Shown here: positions 10,886 to 22,300 of the stretch, piece after piece
Numbering within the stretch: position 1 is the first letter of the stretch
Layout: the number at the start of each line of letters is the position of its first letter
Source of the DNA: Sedimentisphaerales bacterium
Lineage (GTDB): Bacteria > Planctomycetota > Phycisphaerae > Sedimentisphaerales > SM23-30
Assembly: GCA_963663965.2 (NCBI GenBank)
Contig: CAXXFK010000010.1
Span: 249,593-313,592 of the forward strand
Direction of reading: 5' to 3'
Length of the DNA: 64,000 nt
Notes under the pieces: model-generated
Seen by the model: only the letters and a program-made list of their open reading frames with translations
What the model was told of the DNA's origin: nothing
The model's database searches: none
Program-made: the position numbers and the translations under genes

Positions 10886-11986
10886 ATGAATCAAACCAAT
10901 CCATCCATATTAGTTGCCATGTCAGGCGGCGTGGATAGCAGTACTGCGGCCGCCCTGCTTAAGCAACAAGGCTTTCACGTTAAAGGTCTCTATATGGATA
11001 TGGGACTGGCTCATAAAAACCGCCTCGATTCCGAAGGACGGATTGTCAATGATAAAACCGATGCTCAAAGAATCGCCGATCAACTGGATATTGAACTGCA
11101 AATTGTCGATTTTCGCGATTCCATACGCCAAGTCATAGACTACTTCATAGCCGAATACCGTCATGCCCGCACTCCCAATCCCTGTATCATGTGTAACCGC
11201 AAACTCAAATTCGGCCGCATTCTTCAATTCGCAGAATCGATTGGAACTGATCAAATCGCAACCGGCCATTATGCCCGTATTCTTAATGAAAGTGGCCAGT
11301 TCCAACTTTGTCGCGCCAGCAACCACGCCAAGGACCAGTCTTATGCCCTGTTTGGCATTGGTTATCAAAACCTGCCCCGCATACGATTTCCGCTCGGTGA
11401 CTTTTCCAAAGATGCAATCCGCGAGATGGCTCAACAAATGGACTTGCCTGTCCATGATAAAGGAGATTCTCAGGAGATCTGTTTTGTGCCCGATGATGAT
11501 TATGTCCGCTTTCTGGAAGAACTGGCTCCCGATCTCAAACAATCCGGTAAAATTATCGATACCCGTGGTAATATTCTGGGTAACCATCAAGGCATCTATC
11601 GCTATACCATCGGGCAACGGCGCGGTCTGGGGATCGCCCTGGGCATACCGGCCTATGTCGTCGATATCGATGCCAGGAATCATACAGTCACGTTGGGAAA
11701 CAATGATGATCTGCTCCGCGAAACGCTTGTTGTCGAAAATACCTGCTGGATGCTATCAACCCCACCGGGTGAACCCTTTCATGCTACAGTACAAATCCGC
11801 TATAACCATCGTGGCTCTCCAGCTACTGTCATTCCTCATCCTGAAACCAATAGTGCTACAGTCCAGTTTAATGTCCCCGTCCGGGCCGTCACCCCCGGTC
11901 AGGCCGCCGTTTTTTACCAGAACACCCAAGTCCTCGGCGGCGGATGGATCGCCTCATCATCCGATTTTAAAAGTTTCCAGATGTGA
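10886..11986 (+). CDS. mnmA: tRNA 2-thiouridylase
   Basis: AMSGGVDSS, TPNPCIMCN, ATGHYA, KDQSY, DSQEICF, TIGQRRGLG and TPGQAAVFY. Confidence 0.97.
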   Translation: MNQTNPSILVAMSGGVDSSTAAALLKQQGFHVKGLYMDMGLAHKNRLDSEGRIVNDKTDAQRIADQLDIELQIVDFRDSIRQVIDYFIAEYRHARTPNPCIMCNRKLKFGRILQFAESIGTDQIATGHYARILNESGQFQLCRASNHAKDQSYALFGIGYQNLPRIRFPLGDFSKDAIREMAQQMDLPVHDKGDSQEICFVPDDDYVRFLEELAPDLKQSGKIIDTRGNILGNHQGIYRYTIGQRRGLGIALGIPAYVVDIDARNHTVTLGNNDDLLRETLVVENTCWMLSTPPGEPFHATVQIRYNHRGSPATVIPHPETNSATVQFNVPVRAVTPGQAAVFYQNTQVLGGGWIASSSDFKSFQM

Positions 11987-12095
11987 TAGATTTATCTTAG
12001 ATTCCTCCATAATTTAGTACCAATGTCGTTATACCGTCATCCTGGGATCCCCCCAAAATAAATCAAACCCGATTTTCGCGTTTTTTATTCTTTCG

Positions 12096-12124
12096 TTGAC
12101 TTTACCTCAATTTCCTGTTATCAT
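12096..12124 (+). promoter_or_regulatory. Sigma70 promoter upstream of PEPCK
   Basis: TTGACT-17 nt-TATCAT with an extended -10 TG. Confidence 0.65.
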
Positions 12125-12220
12125 CTTTAGGCTTTGGTGGTCGTCTACCAGGGCCCAAAGCAGTAACTTTTTGTTAATTAATTAGTTAAAATCACCCCAT
12201 AAACAATACAGGAGTTTTAC

Positions 12221-14023
12221 ATGCCTTTAACTGCGCACCAGAAACTGAACGAATGGATCGACGAAATGGCGGCAATGTGCCAGCCGGATAAAATCGTTTT
12301 GATAGACGGCAGCGAGGAACAAAAGCAGGCGCTTACCCGGAAAGCCTGTTCGACCGGCGAAATACTCGAACTGAATCAGGAAAAACTGCCTGGTTGTTAT
12401 TACCACCGTACTGCAGTCAACGATGTCGCTCGCGTGGAACATCTGACCTATATTTGTACATCCCTGAAGGAAGATGCCGGGCCTAACAATAACTGGATGA
12501 GCCCGGAAGAGGGTTACCGGCAGGCCAGCAATCATTTTATCGGCGCCATGAAAGGCCGGACGATGTATATCATTCCATTTTCCATGGGCCCGGTGGGTTC
12601 ACCTTTCAGCAAAATTGGAATTGAACTGACCGATAGTATTTATGTTGTTTTGAACATGATCATCATGACCCGTGTCGGATCGGATGTCCTGGAAGCGCTG
12701 GGCTCGGGCGGCGAATTTACCAAATGCCTGCATAGCAAAGCCGATCTGGATATTGCAAAACGACTGATACTCCATTTCCCTGAAGATAATACTATCTGGT
12801 CCGTCGGCAGTGGTTATGGCGGCAATGTATTGCTGGGTAAAAAATGTCTGGCCTTGCGGATCGCCAGTTATCTCGCCCGCAAAGAAATGTGGATGGCAGA
12901 ACATATGCTGATTCTGGGTATTGAAGATCCTACTGGTCGCATCGAATATCTAGCCGCCGCCTTCCCCAGCGCCTGTGGCAAAACCAACCTCGCCATGCTG
13001 ATCCCGCCAGAAGGCCTCAAGGTTAAAGGCTATCGGATCTGGACGGTCGGCGACGATATCGCCTGGATGCGTATCGACACGGATGGACGGCTCTGGGCCA
13101 TTAATCCGGAAAACGGTTTCTTTGGCGTGGCTCCCGGCACCAATACCAAAACCAATCCCAATGCGGTGAAGACCGTTCAGAAAAACACGATTTTTACCAA
13201 CGTAGTGCTCAATCCAGACGGCACGGTGTGGTGGGAAGATGGCGACGGCGAACCGGCGGCCGAAGGCGCGCTGGACTGGCAGGGACGTCCCTGGAAAAAA
13301 GGCATGACCGACGAAAATGGCAAACCGATCCCGGGCGCCCATCCCAACAGCCGCTTTACCGCTCCGATCAGTCAATGTCCCTCCCATTCGTTCCGTACCG
13401 AACATCATCATGGGGTTCCGATCTCCGCGATCGTCTTTGGCGGCCGCCGGGCCAAACTGGCGCCCCTGGTCTATCAATCGTTCGATTGGAAACACGGGGT
13501 TTACCTGGGCGCGACCATGGCCAGTGAACGTACTGCCGCCCAGGTGGGTAAAGTCGGCGAAATCCGGCGTGATCCAATGGCCATGCTGCCTTTCTGCGGC
13601 TATAACATGGCCGATTATTTCGAACACTGGCTCCGCATGGGGATTCGTATGCGATGGCAACCGAAAATTTTCCATGTCAACTGGTTCCGCCAGGATGACG
13701 AAGGGCAGTTCCTCTGGCCGGGTTATGGCGAAAATCTCCGGGTACTCGAATGGATCCTGGCTCGTTGCCGCAATGAAGTTGAAGGAGTAAAAACCGCCAT
13801 CGGTTTCATCCCCAAACCAGACGATCTCGATATGACCGGTCTGGATATGCCAGCGGCATCGATGAAAAAACTCTTTGAGATCGATCCGCAGGCATGGCGC
13901 GATGAAATGGGACGGATCGAAGAATACTTCAAAAAGTTCGGAGACCGTCTGCCCATCGAAATGTTGGCACAACATGAAGCCCTCAAACTCCGGCTTGAAG
14001 AACTGGGTGGCTCCCATATATAA
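12221..14023 (+). CDS. pckG: Phosphoenolpyruvate carboxykinase (GTP)
   Basis: GSGYGGNVLLGKKC, AFPSACGKTN, VGDDIAW, HPNSRF and DPMAMLPFCGYN. Confidence 0.97.
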   Translation: MPLTAHQKLNEWIDEMAAMCQPDKIVLIDGSEEQKQALTRKACSTGEILELNQEKLPGCYYHRTAVNDVARVEHLTYICTSLKEDAGPNNNWMSPEEGYRQASNHFIGAMKGRTMYIIPFSMGPVGSPFSKIGIELTDSIYVVLNMIIMTRVGSDVLEALGSGGEFTKCLHSKADLDIAKRLILHFPEDNTIWSVGSGYGGNVLLGKKCLALRIASYLARKEMWMAEHMLILGIEDPTGRIEYLAAAFPSACGKTNLAMLIPPEGLKVKGYRIWTVGDDIAWMRIDTDGRLWAINPENGFFGVAPGTNTKTNPNAVKTVQKNTIFTNVVLNPDGTVWWEDGDGEPAAEGALDWQGRPWKKGMTDENGKPIPGAHPNSRFTAPISQCPSHSFRTEHHHGVPISAIVFGGRRAKLAPLVYQSFDWKHGVYLGATMASERTAAQVGKVGEIRRDPMAMLPFCGYNMADYFEHWLRMGIRMRWQPKIFHVNWFRQDDEGQFLWPGYGENLRVLEWILARCRNEVEGVKTAIGFIPKPDDLDMTGLDMPAASMKKLFEIDPQAWRDEMGRIEEYFKKFGDRLPIEMLAQHEALKLRLEELGGSHI

Positions 14024-14088
14024 GTTAAAAACCAGAATGTCTTGGGGAATCCGATTTGGATTCCCCTTTTCATTTTCAGGAAATCCTG

Positions 14089-15867
14089 ATGTCCAGCAGA
14101 AAACGCAAATCCACAAAGAATGTCATTAAATTCCCCACAAATGAGCGAAATCGCTTGAAAAAATTTTTACTGGATTGTTTCCAACGCAACGATCACCCAA
14201 CCCTCATTTGCCGGGACATCTACGAGACCTTTGACGATCCCGGCAAAGAACTCGCCGAATGCATTCTCAATGAACCGGATCTTACCGTTATGAATATTGC
14301 AACCTCCACACTGATTCACGCCCTGACCAGTGATGAGATACCGGATTTCGCCTTTGAATTATATATCGATGGCGCCATTCCCATATTACAGGCGGCGTTA
14401 TCCGATCCCAAAGTGCCAGACAGCAAAAAAATTACCGCCGGGAGCATCTGTTCGCTGGCCCAACCGGAAAACAACATTCAGGACTTGATGCTATCAAACC
14501 TCAAAGATCCGGATGCCTTGAAAAACGCGGCCACGCAGCAATTGAGCGCGTTGCTTAAACCAGATCCATTCAGCCTGATGACCATTTTCAGCAGTATCCA
14601 TTTATTGGACGATGAGAATCCGTCGCGTCTCCAGATCATCGATAATTATAATGAAATCAAATTTTGCTATATGAGCATATGCCAGGTCGCACCTAATTGC
14701 CCGGAAGGAGCCGCAGCGGCACTCTGTTCAATAATCGCCTGTACGCTTCCACATCCGGATATCCCGGCCAGTGATGCCTTAGCCGCATTGGACACCCTTC
14801 GTGATTTGAATTCGTCTGTTGTAACCTGGTTTTTACGTGAATTAGCCGCATTACCGGCCGCCGGACAAATCGGATTCAAAGCCGGGGCTTACGCCGCCGC
14901 GATGGAACGCGAAGGGATTCTGCCACATTTTGATCCCGGTTTTACTTTTAAAAAAGGGCAAATCAGCCAGATTGACGGAGATGGATCATTCTCGATCAGC
15001 CTGGAAATTCATAAAAAGGGGAGCAAGAGAAAAACTGATTGCCTGGCTCTGCTGATCAATGATAAAATCGGATTGAAAGACATCTGGTTCGTTTCCGATG
15101 AAGGCTCCCAGCTGATGAAACAGTTTCATCAACAGCCGTCAAGTGCAGCATTCTACGATTGCTCGCTCGAGTTTGCGCTTCGTATGGTTGCCTGGGCCCT
15201 GGAAATCCATAAACAAGCCAATGCCCCAATCCTTGGCGAATTTCTGATCAGTCGTATTTACCTGGGGGGCGATCCTATTCAACCACAGTCATTTGAACCG
15301 GATTTGAGCGCCTATCATCTCAGAGAATCCACTTTCCAAATGGAACTGGTCGCCTTGTCAACTCTATTAATGGATGAACCCACTTATAATACTTTCCTGT
15401 TTTTTTCCAATCATTCTTATAATTTTATCAAAGAATACGCCCCTAAACGGGGCCGGGCCTGCCTCAGTAAGAAAAAATTGGATCTCTATTGTGAACAGGT
15501 ACTTCCCCACGAAATTGAGATTCTTTTGCCTCGTATGGCCCAGAATCTTCAGCTTGAAGCCATGGCAGGACGGGTTGACAAAAAAATCAACCAAATCGCT
15601 GCACACACCTGGTATGCTCTGAAAAACCAACTGATTCCATATACACAAATTCCATACATCATGGAAATGGTTCAGGATTCTATTCCCATGACGATAGAAA
15701 ATGTCCGGGATGGTTTTTCCAATCAAAACGAAGCCAATCAAGCCTACATGAACGATAATCATACCGGACTGCTGGATGACGTGGATATGCTGGATTTTAT
15801 CAAAGAGATGATGGATGATTGGGACAACAACGACAATGAATTTCCACCATTCTCACCCTTAAAATAA
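14089..15867 (+). CDS. Hypothetical protein (~590 aa)
   Basis: Long open frame with AGGA before the ATG at 14089. No family recognised. Confidence 0.7.
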   Translation: MSSRKRKSTKNVIKFPTNERNRLKKFLLDCFQRNDHPTLICRDIYETFDDPGKELAECILNEPDLTVMNIATSTLIHALTSDEIPDFAFELYIDGAIPILQAALSDPKVPDSKKITAGSICSLAQPENNIQDLMLSNLKDPDALKNAATQQLSALLKPDPFSLMTIFSSIHLLDDENPSRLQIIDNYNEIKFCYMSICQVAPNCPEGAAAALCSIIACTLPHPDIPASDALAALDTLRDLNSSVVTWFLRELAALPAAGQIGFKAGAYAAAMEREGILPHFDPGFTFKKGQISQIDGDGSFSISLEIHKKGSKRKTDCLALLINDKIGLKDIWFVSDEGSQLMKQFHQQPSSAAFYDCSLEFALRMVAWALEIHKQANAPILGEFLISRIYLGGDPIQPQSFEPDLSAYHLRESTFQMELVALSTLLMDEPTYNTFLFFSNHSYNFIKEYAPKRGRACLSKKKLDLYCEQVLPHEIEILLPRMAQNLQLEAMAGRVDKKINQIAAHTWYALKNQLIPYTQIPYIMEMVQDSIPMTIENVRDGFSNQNEANQAYMNDNHTGLLDDVDMLDFIKEMMDDWDNNDNEFPPFSPLK

Positions 15868-15893
15868 AGACAATCACCCCCAAAACATCCGAA

Positions 15894-15922
15894 TTGACTT
15901 TTCATGGCTTCCCTGGTATAAT
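15894..15922 (+). promoter_or_regulatory. Sigma70 promoter
   Basis: TTGACT-17 nt-TATAAT with an extended -10 TG. Confidence 0.75.
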
Positions 15923-15946
15923 ACTCCCATGCTTGGAGAATGTAAC

Positions 15947-16822
15947 ATGTTTGCTGAAAACAAGTTATTGACATCCCTACTCTTATCCGCCGCTATCTTG
16001 ATATTGGGATGCCGAAATAGTACTATTGAACAATTGCGTAAAGAAAATCCCTTTACGCATGACCGAGCCAACCAGCCCCGTGAAATTCTTTATGTCACCT
16101 GCCGATATACCAGCATCGAATACCCCGGCTCTTATGAATTGATTACATCGTCCTTCTGGCAAACATATGAGCTGACACAATCCAATGCCATCGGGCATGA
16201 GGGTGTGGTTTCCGGCTTTGAACCAGACAGTATCGCCCGGTTAAATCGTAATGGCCTGAAAATAGCCATTGCGCCATTGAATCAATGGGAACCCCTCCGC
16301 CAGCAATTGATCAGTATAGCTGCTGTCGAATATCCTACCCGTATGGCGATGGTTCGCAATCTCTCGGAAGCAATCGAAAGCAATGGCTACTGGATCGATC
16401 ATGAAAAGTCGCTATTTCTGAGATTAGACAAAACGCTTCGTGGCTACACCCTGCCTCCCGGCCAATGGCAATTTCGAACATCCTGCAACCCTGCTAATCC
16501 TGATGATCATCAGACTAAAGCTGTTAACTTGAGAATTATCCCAACATTTCTATCAGTAACGTCTCAGCCATGGAAGATCAATCCTTCTTTACCAAGAACC
16601 GGCGATTTTGAATTAACGGCGTTCCCGGATCTGGCTTTAACCGGTCAGTTAAAAAACGGTTATTTTCTGGCGGCAACAGTCGATACCACCGACTTGCAAA
16701 TCGACAATCTGGGAAACCTGATATTAAAACAGCCGACTCCAGGTTCCAACCGACTGCTGATGGCATGGGCACCGATTGCCGATACCGCCGTAGAATCCCA
16801 CCTCCAACCCAACACACCTTGA
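15947..16822 (+). CDS. Hypothetical lipoprotein
   Basis: Signal peptide with ILG-C lipobox. GGAG precedes the ATG at 15947. Confidence 0.7.
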   Translation: MFAENKLLTSLLLSAAILILGCRNSTIEQLRKENPFTHDRANQPREILYVTCRYTSIEYPGSYELITSSFWQTYELTQSNAIGHEGVVSGFEPDSIARLNRNGLKIAIAPLNQWEPLRQQLISIAAVEYPTRMAMVRNLSEAIESNGYWIDHEKSLFLRLDKTLRGYTLPPGQWQFRTSCNPANPDDHQTKAVNLRIIPTFLSVTSQPWKINPSLPRTGDFELTAFPDLALTGQLKNGYFLAATVDTTDLQIDNLGNLILKQPTPGSNRLLMAWAPIADTAVESHLQPNTP

Positions 16823-16824
16823 TT

Positions 16825-17916
16825 ATGTCCTCTGAGAAAGATCCACATCCCTCATTTTATCAATATGTTTGCGACTGTTCCATTATGGCGGTTATCGGCG
16901 CGGACCTTAACGGGATTATTACCAGTTGGAATGCCATGACAACCCGGCTGTTCGGTTATGAACCGGCGGCGATGGTCGGTCAGCCCCTTTTCAAAATCGT
17001 AACGACAGATCGGCAGAATTTTATGAAAGAGGCGATCCAGCGAGCCTTGGAACATCGCAAAAACAGTGAATTCGAAATCAGCCATCATGTACCGGCGACC
17101 GGCGACTCATTTACTTTGCTGCTGGCAATTACACCTGTCATCGATCATCAGAATACGGTCCAGGGCCTGGCAGTCTGGGGCCGTGACATCTCCAACCGAA
17201 AAAGGCTACAAGAACAACTGATCGAAGCGGAAAAAATGGCCTCACTGGGAACCCTCGCATCAGGCATCGCTCATCACTTTAATAATATTATTGGCGGCGT
17301 GGCGACCTTTGTCGATTACGCCTTGCAGTCCAGCAATCCGCAAGCCAGTCGACGCGCCCTGCAGATGACCGCAGAAGCCGCTGCCCGCGTAAGCCAGATC
17401 ACCTCCTCACTCTTAACGTTCGCTGAAGAAGATCGTCGTGATATGGATCTGGCCGACCTGACCGAAATTATCATGACTTTTTCTCATCTGGTTGAAGGGC
17501 CTCTCCGCGAAAAAAACATTACCCTGGAAATGCGGCTGCAACCGATACCGGTTTTTGAGGTTCCCGGTAATCGATTCCATAAACTCCTGGGCAATCTCCT
17601 TAGCAACGCCGAAGAAGCCATGAACCAGGGCGGATCTATCAAAATCGGGCTTGGCCGCAAAGACAATCTGGTCGTGATGACTTTTTCAGATACCGGCTGC
17701 GGCATCGCTCCTGAACATTTGCCCCACATATTCGAGCCGTTTTATACAACCCGTGGTGTCATGATGGGCGGCAACAATACCTCCAGCAGCGGCCTGGGGT
17801 TATCCGTTGTCCATGGCATTATTAAAGATCTGGGCGGCACTATTCAGGTCCAGAGTCACCTAAATCAGGGCACTTGTTTTACGATTTATTTCCCTTGCGA
17901 AAAATCCGGAACCTGA
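16825..17916 (+). CDS. PAS-domain sensor histidine kinase (cytoplasmic)
   Basis: PAS (WNAMTTRLFGY), H-box GIAHHFNN, N box NAEEA, DTGCG, FEPFYTT and GLGLS. Confidence 0.92.
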   Translation: MSSEKDPHPSFYQYVCDCSIMAVIGADLNGIITSWNAMTTRLFGYEPAAMVGQPLFKIVTTDRQNFMKEAIQRALEHRKNSEFEISHHVPATGDSFTLLLAITPVIDHQNTVQGLAVWGRDISNRKRLQEQLIEAEKMASLGTLASGIAHHFNNIIGGVATFVDYALQSSNPQASRRALQMTAEAAARVSQITSSLLTFAEEDRRDMDLADLTEIIMTFSHLVEGPLREKNITLEMRLQPIPVFEVPGNRFHKLLGNLLSNAEEAMNQGGSIKIGLGRKDNLVVMTFSDTGCGIAPEHLPHIFEPFYTTRGVMMGGNNTSSSGLGLSVVHGIIKDLGGTIQVQSHLNQGTCFTIYFPCEKSGT

Positions 17917-17923
17917 CCGCGCC

Positions 17924-18799
17924 ATGCCGCATACCAAAAAACAAATTATCGATTTGCTCCAGGAAAACGAACTCTCGCCCCGCCACCGGTTCGGCCAGAA
18001 TTTCCTGATCGACCTCAATCTGATGCGTTTGTTTGTCGACGCGGCCAATCTACAGGGCAATGAAGTCGTACTCGAAGTGGGCCACGGCACTGGATCCATG
18101 ACTGATTTGATCGCCGGTCGCTCCGGGGCAGTGATCGCCGTCGATATCGACGAAGGATTAAGCCGGGTCGCCCGTACGGCATTAGCATCGCATCGCAATA
18201 TCGAATTTTTCTGTTGCGACATCCTGGCGTCCAAAAGCCGCATTCAACCGGATATCATTGAGCGAATTATTTCATTACAATCCCGGTTTAACGGTCCTTT
18301 TTACCTGATCGCCAACCTGCCATATAGTATCTCCTCTCCGTTGCTGATTGATTTACTTTTGCTGAATCGACCACCTGACGCCATGTGGATAACGATTCAG
18401 GAAGAAGTAGCCCGACGGATACTGGCCACCCCGGATGATGGTAAGATATACGGCACACTGGGAATCATACTCCAGGTGGCCGGCACTCCCGAATTAATCC
18501 GTATCCTGCCGCCGCATGTTTTCTGGCCTCAACCACAGGTTCATTCTGCGATGGTTCAATGGCGTCGGGATATCGAATCTCCCTTGACCACCGAGGCGCT
18601 GCATTCGCTCAGGCAGACCATTGAAACTCTGTTCATTCACCGCCGCAAAACCATCGGCCACAATCTCGCCAGACATCCCAACAAAGAGACAATCCTGAAA
18701 CACCTGCGCACGATGAATATCCTTCCTGATCGGCGGGCCGAAACCCTTTCTCCCCAACAATTCGCGGAATTAGCCCACACCGGCTTATTCGAATCCTGA
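17924..18799 (+). CDS. rsmA: 16S rRNA adenine dimethyltransferase
   Basis: FGQNFL, LEVGHGTG, ANLPYSIS, FWPQPQVHS and RAETL. Confidence 0.95.
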   Translation: MPHTKKQIIDLLQENELSPRHRFGQNFLIDLNLMRLFVDAANLQGNEVVLEVGHGTGSMTDLIAGRSGAVIAVDIDEGLSRVARTALASHRNIEFFCCDILASKSRIQPDIIERIISLQSRFNGPFYLIANLPYSISSPLLIDLLLLNRPPDAMWITIQEEVARRILATPDDGKIYGTLGIILQVAGTPELIRILPPHVFWPQPQVHSAMVQWRRDIESPLTTEALHSLRQTIETLFIHRRKTIGHNLARHPNKETILKHLRTMNILPDRRAETLSPQQFAELAHTGLFES

Positions 18800-18804
18800 C
18801 ACGA

Positions 18805-19344
18805 CTACACCTCCAAATAACCTTTCCATATCAGATAAGTCCGTACACCTTCCCGGGTTGATGGAAACGCGATTGTTTTCAGATCGATTTGCTGCGGTTC
18901 ATACCACTCAAAACCCGCCACATCATCCCGGGCAGCGATACCGGATATATCCGTCAAATTACAATAAAAGATCACATCCAGAACCGGATATTCTATATTT
19001 TCATATTCATAAAGATTGGGTGCCGTTGTCAGAAATTCAGGGTTCTCAATTTTTAAATTCAATTCTTCCTGTACCTCCCGGATCAAACCCGTTTCGGCTG
19101 ATTCATGATAATCAATAAACCCACCCGGCAAATCCAACCCACCCTTACATGGCTCTTTTGCTCGCTTGGTTAACAGAATGTTATCCTGATATTCCAGAAT
19201 AACTGCGGCGGCCGCTGCAACATTATGATAATACACAAAACCGCAGTCCAGGCAATAAATTGCCTTGCCTTCCCTGACCTGCATGTTCATACTGGAACAT
19301 TTGGGGCAATATTTAAAATTTCTCTTGAACATATTCCACATCAT
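18805..19344 (-). CDS. NUDIX hydrolase with N-terminal zinc ribbon
   Basis: CPKC...CLDC and LPGGFIDYHESAETGLIREVQEE Nudix box. Confidence 0.92.
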   Translation of the reverse strand: MMWNMFKRNFKYCPKCSSMNMQVREGKAIYCLDCGFVYYHNVAAAAAVILEYQDNILLTKRAKEPCKGGLDLPGGFIDYHESAETGLIREVQEELNLKIENPEFLTTAPNLYEYENIEYPVLDVIFYCNLTDISGIAARDDVAGFEWYEPQQIDLKTIAFPSTREGVRTYLIWKGYLEV

Positions 19345-19347
19345 GGG

Positions 19348-22300
19348 TCACTTTCTATCATTCGATTTATCAGGGATCGGAATTGTAAATTTAATCGTAG
19401 ATCCATATCCCAATCCTTCCGATTCCGCCCATATCGTCCCGCCATGGGTTTCAATAATCCGCTTGACGATCGCCAGACCGATCCCTGATCCTTCAGTACT
19501 TCTATCCAGTTTCTCAAAGAGACCAAAGATTTTCGTCAGATAAGGCCCATCGATCCCGATGCCATTATCTCGTACCCAGAACAGGTAATGGGTTTCCCGA
19601 GTTTCATATCCAATTGCGATTGCGGGATGAGCCTGATCACCCATATATTTCATGGCGTTACTGATCACATTCTGCATCGCCTCAATTAATCGTTGACGAT
19701 CGACATAAACGACCGGCAAAGACGGGGCTATTTCGAACTCGATCTCATGTCGGCTCAACTCACCATGCAGCATCATTTTGACATCTTCGATAATTTCATT
19801 GAAATCGACCGATTCATAATCGTTCACCAAACGGCCAATCCGGGATAATTCCAGCAAATCATTTAAAACCGCGTACATCTGATCCACGGCTTTTTTGATT
19901 GTTTCATGAAATTCAACCAACTCTCCATAGCGACCCTTGTTGATACTTTCAAGCATCAATCCGGAAAATCCACTGATAGTAATTAACGGAGATTTCAAAT
20001 CATGCGACACAGAATAGACAAATTGTTCCAGTTCCCGGTTCTTGTCTTCCAACTGGGCAATCAGCGCTTCCCGTTCCCGGCGTTGATTTTTCCAATCGGT
20101 AATCTCCTGCAGCATACCGATCACAGAAACTGTTTTACCACGGCTATCGACCTCGGCGTCCGTCTGGCAATGCAGCCAGATTTCGCGACTGGATTGACCG
20201 ATATGCAATCGAAATTCCATCTCCCAGGATTTCGACTCGTCAATGGTCCATTGGATCAGGCGCTGTAATTCGGCCCGATCTTCATAATGAACCATATCCA
20301 GCCAACCAGCCAGACTGCTTATCTCGTGATCCAATCCCAACGCATAGCGAATGGTATCCGCCAGATAAAACTCCCCGGTTTCCGGGCGATAATAATAATT
20401 ACCCATGCGCGCGATCGATTGCGCTTTATATAACGCATCCTGACTATTTTTCAGAATACGCTCGGCTTCAATCTCTTCCGTAATATCTTCTACGATCGCA
20501 ATAACTTTGTCAACCTGCCCTCCCTCGCCCAGTATCGGTGCGGCATTAATCGATAACAATCGACGTTTACCCAAACTATCCTCTATCGCATGTCGGCCAT
20601 CAATCACCATCCGGCCGGTACGTTTCACGATATGAAATGGTAACTGTTCAACATCAATCGAACGACCGGTCTGATCCACGATCTTCCATTGGGGTGAATT
20701 GTATTTCAGTTGCGTAATATTATCCCGGGTCAAACCCAGTACCTCTTCGGCGCGTGCGTTGGCAAATTCAATATCGCCCTGACTATTAAGAATGGTGATT
20801 CCCGCCGGACTGGCTTCCATGATTCGCTCAAGAATATCACGTTCTGACCGTAATTCAGACTCAGCCTGTTTCAATTCAGTAATATCCGTGACAATCCCAT
20901 CAAGCGCGGTTGGACGGCCAGCATTATCTTTGACCAGCGTGTTACGCTGAAACAACCACTTGATCTGGCCTGATTTTGTGATAATTTGATATTCATACGT
21001 ATCCGGAATATCCCCTTGTAACAGTCGCGCCCATTGTATCGCGAAATAATCGCGCCAGTTGGGATGTATCAAATCCTGAACCTTTTTCGGGTTTTCATAC
21101 CACTCTTGAGGTTGATACCCGGTAATCTGTTCCACTGCCGGACTGACATAGATATAACTGCCATCCGGAATTGACATGCGATAAATGATATCACGGGCAT
21201 TTTCTGTCAAACGGCGAAAGCGCAACTCGCTCTCCCTCAGGGCAAACTGGGTTTCTTTTTGCCTGGTTAACAATCGAATGAGTACAACAATAAACATTAC
21301 CAATACTATCAGCACAATACTGGTAGCCCAGATCAACTCCCGATAAGATTCATACAAGGAAAAAGGTTTAAACTTAATGACCGTACCCGGTGGCAGTGAT
21401 TCGGGTGGGATTCCAAATCTTTTCATCTGGCGATAATCGATCATCGGGATATTTGGGCTTTCTTCAACGATGGGAATAGTATCCGGCGACTCCCCAGCCA
21501 GGATTCTTTTCGCCAGATCAGCCGCCATACGCCCATGCGCCTCGCCGCTGATCATAATCCCACCTACGATTCCAGTCCCCAAATAATGCTCCCAGAATGA
21601 AAATATAGGCGCTGAACTGTTCTCACTCAGCAATCGGATAAAATTCGAAGTGCTGTAATAATGCCCGTCCGCATCATGATGATAGGTAAAGACCAGAATA
21701 CCGGTATCAGATCCTAAACGGCTCAGACGCTGTTTCATCTCAATTAAGGGAATCTCACGAATGACCTCGAAATCAATCTGATCATGGTAATGCAGGGCTA
21801 CTGTTTCAAACCGCGCCTGATTGTTCAATCCGGTCGGTGTCTCATCGTTGACAACGACAAACCGTTTAATTTCCGGTTTGGCTGCCAACGCAAACTCTAT
21901 CGTACCGGCAATATCCAATTCTTCAATGACACCGGTAATTTGAGTCTGATTCCGTAATAAAGCGCGGCTGAAATTATTGATACCACAAAAAACTATTGGG
22001 ACACCGGAAAACAGCTTTTCACGTCTTGTCAATACGAAATCCAAGGCATTATTGTCGCAAACGACCAGCACATCAATGGGAGCCTGCTGATATTTTTTCT
22101 GATACAACTTTTCGAGCAAATCATAATAATCCGGCGGTGGAAACCGTTTGGTATCCATATATTCCACGGATAATTCGACATCACTCTGCTTCTCCAAACT
22201 GTCCAGAAAGCCTCTGGTTACTCCATCAGTCCACTCCAAACCTTCATGATAGGCCTGCAACAGCAAAATATGATAGACATCATGATCGACTTGCCCCTGT

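Noticed and set aside
12950..14116. 388-aa antisense ORF and other long shadow ORFs (8725-9366, 10922-11683, 51208-51987, 58739-59413, 62186-62992)
   Set aside because: They lie opposite well-supported genes and have no motifs, as expected from codon bias.
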